DNA of 62,016 nucleotides, filler included, from Porpidia crustulata (lineage: Eukaryota): assembly GCA_964255105.1 (NCBI GenBank). It is 4 parts of 4 records of this genome, joined end to end, with 100 filler letters (N's around TTAATTAATTAA, not from the genome) between each part and the next. Parts side by side here need not be neighbours in the genome. Positions count along the whole stretch, not along the records: positions 15,544 to 30,984 come from CAXUWE010000310.1; positions 31,085 to 46,507 come from CAXUWE010000311.1; 2 more parts are not named here. One strand, 5' to 3'. A program made the translations under genes and the position numbers. Below are positions 24,812-38,000 of the stretch, piece after piece (positions within the stretch are counted from its first letter, which is position 1; each line of letters starts with the position of its first letter). The notes under the pieces are model-generated. The model saw nothing but the letters and a program-made list of their open reading frames with translations, had not been told where the DNA came from and ran no database searches.

Positions 24812-26086
24812 ATGCAGTCCAAACTTCTCTCCTTCGCAGCGTTGGCTGCTACTGCCTCTGCGCAGATGATGAACCTCACTGCGACACTGATGTCAACCCC
24901 AGATTTGTCCAATTTGACATCCTACCTCTCGCTTTTTCCCCAGGTCTTGACCCAATTGTCCTCTGCCTCGAACATCACCATCCTGGCTCCCTCTAACGAG
25001 GCTTTCGCAGCCTACATGAACAGTTCCGCTGCGTCTGCCATCAAGGCTAATGACACCATGGCCATTCAATCTTTGTTGACCTACCACGTCCTCGCCGGTA
25101 CCTACCCGGCAGCTTCCATCAAGAGCACGCCAGCATTCGTCCCTAGTATGCTGATGGATCCCATGTACACAAACGTTACTGGCGGTCAACGCGTGGAGGC
25201 TGTCAACATGATGGGCAACGTCTCCGTTTTCTCAGGGTTATTGATGAACTCTACCGTCGTCAAAGCTGTATGTCCCACGAATTCTCAATTTTGTATTTCA
25301 CACAGCTGATTTTGGCCAGGATGTCAATTTCACCGGTGGTGTTGTTCACATTATCAACCGAGTTTTGACCCTACCAGTCAACATCTCGACCACCGCTATT
25401 GATGCTGGGCTAAGCGACGCCGCTGGTGCTCTTATGCAATCCAACCTGGCCAACGCCGTTGACTCTGCCAAGGACCTCACCGTTTTCGTCCCAAATAACG
25501 CCGCTTTCCAAGCCATTGGCTCTGCCCTGCCCAACCTGACCATGTCGCAGCTTGCTGGTATCCTTCAATATCACGGTAAGCTCCTGGATTCCTGCTTGAT
25601 CATTCATAGAACTAACACATTCTAGTCGTCAACGGCACCGTCGGCTATAGCTCAACTCTCATGAACAACACCCAGCTCAAGACCATGTCCGGAATGAACG
25701 TTACTATCACTGTCAACAACGGCAGCGTATTTGTCAACAGTGCCAAGGTCATCACTCCCGACGTGCTCGTCGCTAACGGTGTTGTCCATGTCATCGACAA
25801 CGTCCTCAACCCCAACATGACCATGGCCACGCCCGCCGCCTCTGCCTCCTCCGGCTCCGCCGCTTTCGCTGGCGCCTCGTCCATGTCCAGTGTCGCCTTG
25901 TCGTCCGGCGTTCCTACACCCACTTCCACCATTGGAGGCGGCGCTGTTGCGTCGGGCACCGCTGCCGGACAGCCCTCTAGCACTATGGCGTCTAGCTCCA
26001 GCAAGGCGGCCGCTGCTCCAATGAAGACGGGGGCTGTCGGTGCTGCTGCGCTTTTCGGAGCTGCTGGCTTGTTGATGAATGCGTAG
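24812..26086 (+). CDS. Secreted, probably GPI-anchored fasciclin (two FAS1 domains)
   Basis: Signal peptide; FAS1 motifs TILAPSNEAF, LLTYHV, GVVHIINRVL, TVFVPNNAAF, ILQYH, NGVVHVIDNVL; S/A/T-rich stalk; hydrophobic C-terminus. Two introns. Confidence 0.92.
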
Positions 26087-27145
26087 GAGGTTGAGTGTAT
26101 ACAATGGTGGAAAATTGTAAGATAGGAGGTTGGATATTTAATAATTATATGTTCCGGTCGGATCTAGTACTCACCTATGTTCCACGTGACATTTTGACAC
26201 TGCCACTCTTGACTACGTCCAGCCTCGCCTCAGTTTCGCCGTTCCCCGTTCGCCTATCAACTCCATTGAACCTTTTCTCTGCTACAATTTACTAATTTGA
26301 CCCGTCACGGTTGCGGTGCCGCATCACCCTTGTCGTTCTAATTTCTACACACTCATCGCACAGATTCTACTGACAGCTGAAGAAGTTCCTCATGAGTACC
26401 TTTCGAAAGCATATCTCCTTCGTTAAAACTGTACTTGAAGACGGAAGATGTTCCGCCGCCATCCGGGCCGATCCTTGCCAAGCTTTTCAGTTGCGTGGCA
26501 CGCACGGCACGTTCGATTGAAAAGTCTCGCGACTTTCAATCCTTCTCCCTCCTGACTTCTCGATTTTGTTGCTTCTTTTAGACCTATCGAATTCGTCCAA
26601 TTCAAGCAAAGCATCCAATTGAGTTGCAACGGAGGGCGACGGAGGCCGACGGATGCCGTCGCACGTTAATGGGTCCTATCAGCGATGGAGGGCAAATGGG
26701 GTACCCTGAGCGGCCCGACAATCCTGCATTCAAGGTCGAGCACCTGTCTTGACAAAGTTTCCTATCTTGCAGCTGGCCTACAACCGACAGAAAAAAAAAG
26801 AAATATGTCCGTCCAGTTATTACTGGAGATGTCTGATATTTTTGCACCACTATCTGCCGCTTGCATATCCGACAGTTCCATTTTATCATGAGGCTTGAGG
26901 ACATATGGCACAGGCCTAGTAGAGCTTCTCCCCACTTTGATGGGGAGCCACGAATGATGCTGAAAAAGCCGACGCATCCGAAGCATTTTTCAAAGAGTAT
27001 CATCGGAGGCTTTTCATCTCCTTATATATGGACCGCCTTTCTCCTTCTTCGAGGTTTCTCTGCCTATCTGTCCCGACTAGTTCTTCCACACATTTCAGAA
27101 TATCAGACCCTTGTTAGACTAGTATAAAAGACTTCCGATACAGAT

Positions 27146-30100
27146 ATGGGCTCAAGCATGCCGGACTACGGTCGAAGACTTTTGCCTGTTCTAGTTGATG
27201 AGATCTCGCGCGATGATCCTGAGAGGGTTTTTGTCTCAGAACCTCTATCATCCAATCCCGAAGACGGTTTCCGCAATGTCACATATCGTAGCTTTGCCAA
27301 TGCCATCAATAAAGTGGCATGGTGGCTTGAGGAAAAGCTTGGGAAGGGTCAGAACTTTGAGGTTCTGGCCTACACGGGCCCGTCTGATATACGATACCCG
27401 ATTATTGCTTATGCGACCGTCAAGGCTGGATACAAGGTATGTGAAAACCTACTAAGGCATCTCCGATACTTCTGGCAATAGCTATCTAATACGTATCCAG
27501 GCCTTATTCACCTCGAACCGGAACAGTGTCGAGGGCAACCTCGCTCTCTTTGAGCGTACTCAATGCAATGTTTTCCTAAGTCCGGTCAATACAAGTTCTC
27601 CACTTATGAAGGCTTGCCTTGATAAACGACCGATGAAAATACTAGATGTACCTGATTTGAAAGATTGGCTGGAAGGAGACCAGGCACCTTACTATCCCTA
27701 CGAGAAGAGCTTCATGGAAGCATGTGAGGAACCTTTTGTAGTACTCCATACCTCAGGGTCAACTGGATTACCAAAACCAATTACGGTCCCGCACGGAGCC
27801 TTAGCCGCCCACGATGCTTTTCAGCGAATCCCACGCTCTGCTGGCTCAGAGCTCAACATGCACGAAATAATGGGGACATCAACACGCTTCTTCCTTGCCA
27901 TGCCACTGTTTCATGCTGCGGGAATATTCTTGTTGGCCACATTTCCCGTGTACTACGGAATTATTCCAGTGATGCCTCCGCCTGATAGACCTATGAGTGC
28001 GGATCTAGCTAATTCAATGCATCTACACGCCAACCTGGATGGAACTTTCGTGCCTCCGTCCGTGCTGGAGGATATTGCTCAGACACCATCGTACTTGAAG
28101 AATCTGGAAAACATCATAGCCTGCTTTGGAGGTGGGCCTCTACCAAAGATCGCTGGAGATGTGATCAAAGGACGGACAACACTGATAAGCTTCTATGGAT
28201 CCACAGAAGCTATGCTACTGCCACTTCGAAAACTGGATCAGGAGTATTGGGAGTATACAAGTCTGCATCCCTATGCAGGAGGTGAATTTCGGCGCCATTC
28301 CGACGACCTATCTGAATTGGTTTTGGTCCGACAGCCTGACCTTGAGATATACCAAGGGATCTTCCGGACATTTCCTGATCTCCAGGAATATCATATGCAC
28401 GATTTATACTCGAAGCATCCAACCCTTTCTGATACTTGGCTTTACCAAGGGAGATCTGACGATGTGATTGTCCTTGTGAATGGTGAGAAACTGAATCCTG
28501 TAACTATGGAGCAAGTCATCTCTAGTCACCCAGAAGTTCGTGCAGCGCTCGTGGTAGGACAATCTCGATTTCAGACCGCTCTCTTGATTGAGCCATTGAA
28601 ACCAAATTTGTCCGAGGAACACAAGGGACGTCTGATTGAAAGTGTGTGGCCTGTGATTGAAAAGGCAAACGCCGATTCACCTGCCCATGCGCGGCTGTCG
28701 AAGTCGTTGCTTTTGTTCACTACACCAGCTAAACCTATGTCAAGAGCTGGGAAAGGAACGATCCAGCGTGCCACCACTATCAAACAATATTCAAACGAGA
28801 TCGATGCCTTGTATACTGGATCTGATCCTTCTGAAGAGAGCATGGATCTGGACACGAAAAACTTTCGCTCCGTATCATCTTCAATCCGTTATATCATTGA
28901 GCACACTACTAAATCAGAGATTCTGGGCGACGAAGATGACTTCTTCACCCATGGTATGGATTCGCTGCAGGTTTTACAAATCGTTCGCCGATTAAAAACG
29001 GCATTGACCAAGAGTGGAGCTGAAGTCATGATCACGACAAGCACAATCTACCTGCACCCAACTGTAGCAAAATTGGCAAAGACGATACTTCAATTGGTAC
29101 ATCCATCGCTCACCGACGGAGGCGCACCTGAAGAAGATGACATCTCAAAAATGAAAGAGTCGTTGGAGAAGTGGTCGTCGGAGTTGCCAGGCCAGAACAA
29201 ACACTCAGCACTTACAGTGATTTTGACCGGCTCCACCGGCTCTCTCGGCTCTTATCTATTAGACGCTCTGTTAGGGGAGACCAAGGTCGCTAAAGTATAC
29301 TGTCTTAATCGCTCAAGCGATGCTGGCGAGCGTCAGGTAAAATCAAACTCCAGCAGAGGCCTCATCACATCCTGGACCACGGATCGAGTCGTGTTCCTAC
29401 AAAGCGACATGTCTAAACCTCTCTTTGGTCTACCCAAGCCAATCTACGATGAACTGCTTTTTCAAGTAACCCACATCATTCACAACGCCTGGGCTGTTGA
29501 CTTCAACCTCGCACTCTCCTCCTTTGAAGACACCCATCTTCGTGGCGTTCGGCAGTTTATCGATTTCTCAGTTCACTCCGAAAACCGAGCCCACATTTTC
29601 TTCACCTCCAGCATTAGTACAATCATGAACTGGAGCGCAAACCATAGTGGTGCTGTACCCGAGCAGATATTTGATGATTTCTCAGTTGCCCAACCAATGG
29701 GTTATGCCGAGTCCAAACACATCTCCGAACGTCTCCTCGCTGTTGCCGGAAAAGTCTCTAGTGTACCTTCATCGGTTTGCAGAGTTGGACAGGTCGCAGG
29801 ACCTATTGGTTCGGGGAAAGGGATGTGGAACAAGCAGGAATGGCTCCCTTCCATCATCATCAGCTCAGCCTATATAGGTCTCTTACCCGAATCCTTGATG
29901 GCCATGGGAACCGAATGGATTCCGGTTGACGTGCTGGCAAAGGTCATCGTCGAGCTTCTCGATCCAGCCGATAGTGGCAGCGATCTCACGCACGTCTACC
30001 ACACACTGAACCCATATTCTGCGGAGTGGAAACAACTGGTTCCCACAGTGAAAGAAAGTCTTGGCGGGAAAGTCAAGGTGGTGCCGTATCATGACTGGGT

Positions 30101-30314
30101 TGATGCTTTGCAGCAGAGTGTCGCCACGACGGAAGATGTGGGGAAGAACCCCGCGATTAAGCTGCTTGAGTTTTTCAAGGGGCTAGAGCAGCATGCAGGA
30201 AAGTCGCAGGCGCTGGAGACGAAGGAGACGGTCAAGTCGAGTAAGACGCTGGCGGAACTGGGGCCGGTGTGTCCAGAGTGGATGGCCATTTGGATGAAGC
30301 AGTGGGGTTTTTGA
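27146..30314 (+). CDS. NRPS-like carboxylic acid reductase (adenylation-thiolation-reductase)
   Basis: A domain HTSGSTGLPKP, FHAAG, YGSTE, GRSDD, NGEK, GKG; T domain DFFTHGMDSL; R domain LTGSTGSLG, IIHNAW, GYAESK. Intron 27437-27500. Confidence 0.94.
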
Positions 30315-30984
30315 AAACATGGGGCAAGGGAATTAGAGGTGACGTATGGTCTTGTATAGTCGTTCTTTTGGTTTTCTTATGTTGACTATTGTTAAGCCTG
30401 ATACTTTTCTGAATACATATTGGGGCTTGACGTATCCTATTGTTCTATTATCTACCATTTCTCGCCAATACCATATTGATTTAACCTACGTCCATTACCT
30501 TTACGTCAGTCACATGGCCGGGTCTGCTACTTGACGAGGCTCGTTGATCTAGGTCAGCAACGCGGAAATTATCAAATATTCTCATCAATTCCACCATCGT
30601 CTGGGAGCATAATGATAAGAATCATTTTCCAAGACCGTCATAAATATTTGTGAAGACGGACGTTGAACGAAAATACAATATTCGTCCTACCTATCCGCCC
30701 TTCTCCACCACGAAATACCCCACGCCTGTACCATCCAAGCGCGAAACTCGAGAGTCACAGAGTATTCAATCCCAAAACATCCCGGCGAAATTTCTCACCA
30801 ATGGTCGCAGGGTATTTCACCCACCTTCTCCCGCGCGACACGCGCTTCCGATATCCGCGCCGTCAGAACCCGAAAGTCGGGACGGGGTACCCGATGTAAG
30901 TGAGCTTATAATATCGTGACTTGCGGGACATACACGGCCATTGTCCAGCAGATCAACCGAACCGACAACGTCCAGCGCATAACC

Positions 30985-31084
30985 NNNNNNNNNNNNNNNN
31001 NNNNNNNNNNNNNNNNNNNNNNNNNNNNTTAATTAATTAANNNNNNNNNNNNNNNNNNNNNNNNNNNNNNNNNNNNNNNNNNNN
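30985..31084. other. Artificial contig spacer
   Basis: N44-TTAATTAATTAA-N44. Confidence 0.97.
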
Positions 31085-31389
31085 GGGGTGCAGCATTGGA
31101 AGTTGGCGGGGCCTGGGCAGAGATTCGCGGTTGAAGTCCCACCGGTGCACGACGAGGCGAACATGCAGGTACCGCCCGAGCCACACGACTTGGTGCAGCA
31201 TTTGATGTCTTCCGGGTCGTTGGGACAGTCAGGCGCCGAGGATGAGGAACCGCCGCTACCGCTGCAGGACGCGGTGGAGACACAGATACCAGGTTTACCG
31301 CTTGCGGTGCAGGGGCCGTTGACTGCAGCCAGGGCGGTGGTTGAGAGGGCGAGGAGGGCGCAAAGTAGGGAGATGAGTTGCGGCATCAT
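31085..31389 (-). CDS. Secreted protein with two tandem 6-Cys modules (3' truncated by contig end)
   Basis: Signal peptide MMPQLISLLCALLALSTTALA, then GPC-GIC-ASC-CPNDPEDIKCC and SC-GTC-SSC-CPGPANFQCC. GC-rich codons. Confidence 0.85.
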
Positions 31390-33323
31390 GATGTTTTATT
31401 TTGGGGGAGGGAACGTAAGCTCAGGAGTCGAAATTATTTGTAATCGGGTTCAAAGCAGTGGCTATTGATGCTATTCACATCGGCATGAGGGGACATGCCG
31501 TTTCTTATGTCTCTTTTAGACGTCATGTAAGGAGAGGCCATCACGATGCTCTGCCACGCGCGGTCAGCTTTAGCGTCAACTCCGGCTTGACTGTTTGGGG
31601 GCTGATGGGGGCCAATTGAACGGTTGTACTGGCTTACCCGTAGCTTCTTGCCCTTCTTTCACGTCCTGAAGAGATTCCGGGAAGGGACGTCGTGGGAAGC
31701 GTTGCGACGACGCCATACGTTCGTTCCGTCTTCTTGGCATTGCTAATAGCTGATTGTTCTCGTTTGATTCTCACTTGACAGCCGACAAAAACTGTGAAAG
31801 ATCTGCAGATAAGATTGCGAAAATGTTCATCTTTTCAAACATGAAACACTCTAAAGAGGATTGAGATGAGGCATGGTCCTCAAATACGAGAAGATTTATC
31901 CGCTGCGTTAAAAGATCGACTGATTGATAAAAGAAGAGGTCATACAGTAATTAATCTTCAGGTCTCTAACTTAGAGTAAGTAATAGTTATCCACGTGCCA
32001 TCTCATCACGCTCGTGTCAAAAAAATGGTGTTTCAGCTGGAAGTTAGCAGTTGAGGCTATCGCAGGGATGACCCCGTATTAACCTACGTCATCTCACCAT
32101 ATCACAAAACTACTCATCCATCATCTTCTTCAAGTCTTTGAAAATCGTTGTCCCGACATTCGCTCCTGTCAGCATCACAAGAAGCTCAATACGGGATCTA
32201 TCCTCCGGCTCATCTAGGTAAGGAAAGAAAACGCCCAACCTTGACCACACGACTGGCTCAGAACATAACGATTCCGTAAATCAGCATTAATACTTCGTCG
32301 ACGAGAGAAGGACACGCACATACCACAGTCAATCAAATGTTCTGAGCAGCTGTCAGTAGACGTTAATATTTCTATACCACTCTAAGATCGAGGGACCCCT
32401 TATTGTGCTCTATCTCTTTCCTCCCAGTAAATAAGGAAGGAAGATCTAGCCCATGCCCTACTTCCTTCCAATTGACTCTAATCAAAACCCGAATGGTCCT
32501 CGTGTACCCTTTCCAATGTGTCTCGCCCACCTGCTCCGTTGCTACATCATCCCCTAGATGCTGGACCCGGAGAGCCTGTCTTATCATCGGTCTGGAACTT
32601 ATCGTTCGTTTTTGAATTTGTGAAAACATCTCTTAGAGATCCATCTATATCGATAGACGTCTGAGTCGAGCGATTGGAAAACTTCTAAATAAAAATCTCC
32701 ATAGGAAGCGCTCTGCCTCTTCATTCAAAACCGACCCGTCTACCCGTAGACACAACCCTAAAATTCTTCTTTCCTAACACAACTCTCAACCCAGCTCATT
32801 CATCAACAAAAGTATCATAGCTGGTTGTTGTAAATCACCCACAACACGTATCACTAGCCCGGTGACCTCGGGGCCGTTGGTTCCCAAAGAGGGCGTTCCC
32901 TTCGCCTAGAATGGATGGATGCGTTTGATATGGGGTTGGGGTTGGTTGTAGGGAAACTAGGTAGCAGCTGTTGTGGGCAAGTAAATATGCAAACAAGTGG
33001 GAAGCTGAGTGATAGCGAGAAACACCGCATTGACATTGATGGTAATGGGCGATGGGCGTATATGAAAATCCGAACATAGATAGCCTGATACATGCTCCAT
33101 TCCCATCGATGGTCATGCATCTTATGATAGCCATCTGCACCGGTAGGAACGGAGATAATTTTAAATACCAGCCATCTAGATTCGTATCTAACCAAACGAT
33201 TGTTCCTACAGGTAGGTGTGTTGAAAAAGGCCTAAGGAACAAGAAAATGGGATAAAACATTGAAAAGCCCCAAAAATTTTCGTACGACACCTGAAGCTGT
33301 CACCTCCGATCGCTATCGCGACC

Positions 33324-34274
33324 TTATTCGCCGTGCCCTCGTCCCCCTCGTCCAGCCCGTTCCTTTTCCCTGTGACTCACCTCCTTCTCCTTCTCCTCAT
33401 CTTTCTTCACCTCCTCCTTCTTCCCCTCCGCCTCCGTTTCGAAAGCGCTCATCCGCAACCGGGTCTCATCCTCGCTCTCCCCGACCTCCAGCTCCTTCAG
33501 TTCCCCGCACCCGACATCATACACCAACCCATGCAGCCTCAACCCGCGCTCGCGCACCGCATCGATCACGTCCGCATTTTCCCTGAGAGTTTGCACGCCC
33601 TGCAGGACGTTCGCCTCGACCAGTTTCGTGATCTTCTCCTTCGCGCCCAGCGCTTCCCACTGCTTGGCGTGCTGCTTGCGCAGCGCGCGCAGCGGCAGCA
33701 GCCAGGCGTCGAGCACGCCGAGCTTCTGGTTGCCCAGGGCGGCGTTAGCGCCGCCGCAGCTCGTGTGTCCGCAGACGACGATGTCTTGGACTTTGAGGTG
33801 CACGACGGCGTAGGTGATGACGCTCAGCGCGTTGAGGTCGCCCGGGTGCAAGATGTTGGCAATGTTGCGGTGCACAAAGACGTCGCCGGGCTGGAGGCCG
33901 AGGACGGTGGTTTCGGGCACGCGGGAGTCGGAGCAGCCGATCCAGAGGATTTGGGGTTGTTGGCCATTGGCGAGCGTGGGAAAGAGGTCTGGGTGGTCCG
34001 AGGCGGTTTTCTGGGCCCAGGTTTTGTTCTGGGTGAGGGCGAGGGAGTAGGTGTCTAGGTGATCCGGAGGAATAAGATGTCAGTCATGGACTAGGTTAAT
34101 GAGAAGTAAGGTGAAATCTGGTAATTAAGCATTGAGGTCTTTGTGCAGACAAAGGCGGTACTGTCATATGATTGGACTGCCAGGGTGCGGCTTGGCAGTC
34201 CAATCGACCGCTCTTTCGCACTGCTGATCCACGCCGCAACGACAATGAGGCAGATATGTACCTTTGCTAGCCAT
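33324..34274 (-). CDS. Beta-class carbonic anhydrase (Nce103-like)
   Basis: Micro-exon MASK (34274-34262), intron 34261-34055, then DTYSLALTQNKTW...ILWIGCSDSRVPE, FVHRNIAN, VCGHTSCGG (all Zn ligands present), HGLVYDV. Confidence 0.93.
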
Positions 34275-35064
34275 CTTCGACTCTCTTCGTTTCGATTGAT
34301 ATACAAACGGATGCGCAAGTTCTGTCAAAGCCTTTTGTTCTGATAATTTACTCCTCCCCAAATGCCGAGGAGATCTGCACCAAGCGATAAGCGAAGATTC
34401 TTTTTCTTTCTTTTTTTCGCGTTTGGCCCGTGGAGTACGGAGAAGCTCGTAAGATAGATATAGGAGAAGTGGAAAAAACTACAGCACTATATCACAGGAC
34501 ACCGAAACACCTTTTATATCCGTGATTTGGCAAATGGGGCATGGTTCGCGAAGCACGTACTGTGAGGAGTAGAACCGTGGTAAAATGCGCAGGCTAGACG
34601 ATAGGACGGGGTGGGCGACTTTCGCTCGCATCATGCTGCCGGTTGGTAGGCATTGTCGAGGTGCACTCATGCGATCTGCGACAATCCACAGACGTCCTGT
34701 CGATCGTGTGGAGTGCATCAGGCTTGCGCCATGTCGTGCTCCTGGGAGCAATGGTTTTGTCTCTCGGCTGGAAGCGTTCAATGTCTGAATGGGAAGGTAA
34801 TTTCACATGGCAGCATCAGCCGGATTTAATACATAAGGCGCACCATAAATAGCTGCAGCAACAATAACATCATCATCGTCGTCGTCAGTCACCCTGCCAC
34901 CCATCGGTGCGAGGTCTATGGTACGGCTACTACTATGATACATCTAAATGATACTGTTCACGACTTTGTAAAGAATTCTGCATTTCCGTCCTACCCTACT
35001 GTTGATCCTAACATATCCGTGGCCAATCAGTACCTCACCCCATGGTGCTACATCTATCATCCTG

Positions 35065-38000
35065 CTACTCTCCAACGCCCTTCCATCCGAGTGCACGATC
35101 TATCCAGTCAATGTAGGCGATATTGGTGGGCGAATGGTGGGCCTGAGCTTGCGCTATATTCGTCGTCCTCTCGTTCGTGGTTTGATCTGGTGGTGTGACA
35201 ACGAAAGTGTCTGGCTGCGACTTGGATCCTCCCAGTACGGTAGCATTGTGTGCTACGATCTCCCGTGCGGACTCAAAGTATTGTTGAAGGCTTGCCATGG
35301 GTAATGGTAGAAGATCAAGTATGATGTTGTTAGGATCGAAATTGTCAATACTTCCTCTCATGTTCGTGAAATTCTGTAAGTCGACGCCCGAGAGAAGCAC
35401 GAGAGCGTAGCCTAAGAACAGATATCCAGCAACCCGACTGAAAACGAGATAGGTCACACCAAACCATATCTTTGCCCTATCTGTCCACTTTAGAGGGTAC
35501 TGATGGCGAATTAGAGCAAGATCGCGAATCCGGGAAATGAAGACAGGAGAGGTCTCGCGAGTAGATACCGAGGAGACAATGCCCTTCGTGTCCTCTTCAT
35601 CATCCATGTACACATTCACTTCCTCGAAACCATCACTAGAGTTTTCCGACTTTTCATCTTCAAAGCGAACCCTTCGTCGCGACAGAGGAAGCCCGCCGGA
35701 GAAGCGTACCATTTCCGAGTGCGTGGCAACGTCAGCCGATTTCGTAGGAGAAGGAGCGGCCGCCTGCCGGATGAAAGACAACGCCATACCGTAGCCTGCT
35801 GACATTGTTGGTAGTCTTGTAGTATCGAGATTATATAGATCCAGAAACTGGTAGTTGTGTTCAGTTTTACCATCATCTAGAGTAACAGATCCTGAGCAAC
35901 TTTATCAGTACAGTCCTTGGATCTAGAATACGTTCTCTTTGTGCACATACCTTCGTCGATCCTACACAAAAGAGTGCCTCCTAGTATGACCTTGCCAAGG
36001 ACTGTGGGTATTTGATATTCAATCCTGTTTTTTTCTACGCCCTCGTCCTTGAATTCGTCCAAGATTACCAACTCTTTCCAATGCATCTCTAGTCTGACCA
36101 TTTGGCCAATCCTCATCGAGGAAGATTTGAAGAGGGTCTTATAACCATCTTCGTTTTCTCGCCACTCGCCAGCTTTTTCCGTCGCTAGAGCTCCGTCAAT
36201 TACAAAGAACTTCGGAGTCCAGTCCTGGTCATCGATCGTCAAAAGGCGGCAGCTATTCCCCACCTGCAATGTGAGGCCCATTCGACATTCCAGCGTTTCT
36301 CCCAAGATTCTCTCAATTCTAATGTCAAGGTCCATAACTATATTTGATGGATGTTCAGGAGTCATGGACCTATCCAAAGCTTCAAGACCCTCGTAATTGA
36401 CAGGAGAGAGCTTCCTGACCCTTATCATGGCATTGTCTTTGAGGCCATCGGGAAACAATGGGGGTACTTCAACCCGGTCAATGAACATCCATGTGTCCTC
36501 ACCTCTGTAGTTCTCGGTCATTCTCCAAGTACTGAACTGACCTGTCGCTAGGTAGTCGAGGAAAATCGGGGGCGACGTCTTGAGTAATACCGTACGTTCT
36601 GATAGCACCTTGCCCGCTTTGGGACGAAAGCTAGGCATGTTTATCGTTACATGCTCGACATCCGCATAGCTGAGAGTGAAGTAGAAGTTGATAGGGGTTC
36701 CTAGGTTTTGCGAACTGCGAACAATCGTAATTTCTGCTTCCGAATACTTCGATCCTGAATCTAAATTGACGCCATCATCTGTTTCCAGTGAAATGGAATC
36801 CTCGTCTGTGTCTAAGCTGTAGTTGCGCCCAGGTCCATACTTGGCAATGATCGAAAATTTGACCTTTTCGGTGAAAATGTCGTGATCCGACATGTCAATT
36901 GCCAAACAAGCATGATGCTTCATCTGAGTCCCTTCGTCCGCAGACCACTTGGGGACAGAGTAGAGGGTGACGGTAGTATTCCAACTGTCGATATTACAAA
37001 CACTCTCTTTTGACCGGAGACCTAGTATAAGCGGATCAAGTAAGCGGAACCTGCTGACCAGCTCTGTCAACCCTAACTTTCGAGAGTCGAGCAGACGATT
37101 TGAGTCAAACTGAAATTCTGGTAGTTTCGAAGTGTCGAATTTCGGTTTGATGATGAATTCAAATCCTCCCGTGGTCTCTTTCCCTTCATTGGTTGGAAGC
37201 CCAAGGATCTTTAGATATTGCCAACCGCTTCGGTCAGGCTTAATGAGCTTCACCTGGGCTTCGAGCTCGATCTGGTAAGATTCTCCATTCGCTTCAGGTG
37301 GAAAGATCACGTAAATCTTGCCATTCTCTCTGATCCAAGAAGGCTCCGCGACTACTATTCTCGAGGGGTCTGAATTTTGAATCAAGATGCTACTATCCGA
37401 CTCCTCTCGCCTCAGCCATACTCTCGGAAAGATGTTTGGTGAAGGTAGCCTGATAGACTGCAACAGGGGTGTTCTTTCGACATAAATAAATTGACCGGCT
37501 GGCTGCTCAGTAATCAGTCCATGCTTAGTGAGTTCTGCATTCCCAGAGCTTGCATTCGCTGTACAACGGACCATATCCGTAAAATCTCGAACCGCTTTAC
37601 CTGAAGACGCTGATGGAAAAGTAAGACAAGACCTAGTAAATAAAGGCACCCTACCATAGTATCTATAATTGGGGATCTCATCATTCGCCTTGGACGTGAA
37701 TTCCTGACCGCGCACTCGAGCGACCATTTGCTGCTGCCGCCTTATTCTTGATGTCCTTCCTGCGGTTTCAGGACCCGTGACACTTGGCGATTTCAGCAGT
37801 GAGTCCATTGATTTCAATTTTGAATGATTAGCGCTTGGTTTCTGCAAAGCAGAATCTATGCTAGATCCGCTCCTAGAAGAAGTCCTCGTCTCGATTGGTG
37901 AACATCGGTTGAGCCGACTTGGACTAGTAACAGGCTTCATATCGACGGTGAAATCCTTGTGAATGGGGGATCTCCAAGGTGGTTTTATCGGCGTCACCCT

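Noticed and set aside
30739..30862. Cluster of CGCG motifs near the end of contig 2
   Set aside because: May be a G1/S promoter, but the downstream gene is outside the contig and no perfect ACGCGT is present.
33333..34058. 241-aa ORF antisense to carbonic anhydrase, and similar shadow ORFs over other GC-rich genes
   Set aside because: Explained by the high third-position GC of the real genes.
27146..34274. Apparent cluster of NRPS-like gene, Cys-rich protein and carbonic anhydrase
   Set aside because: It spans an artificial contig join, so the adjacency carries no information.
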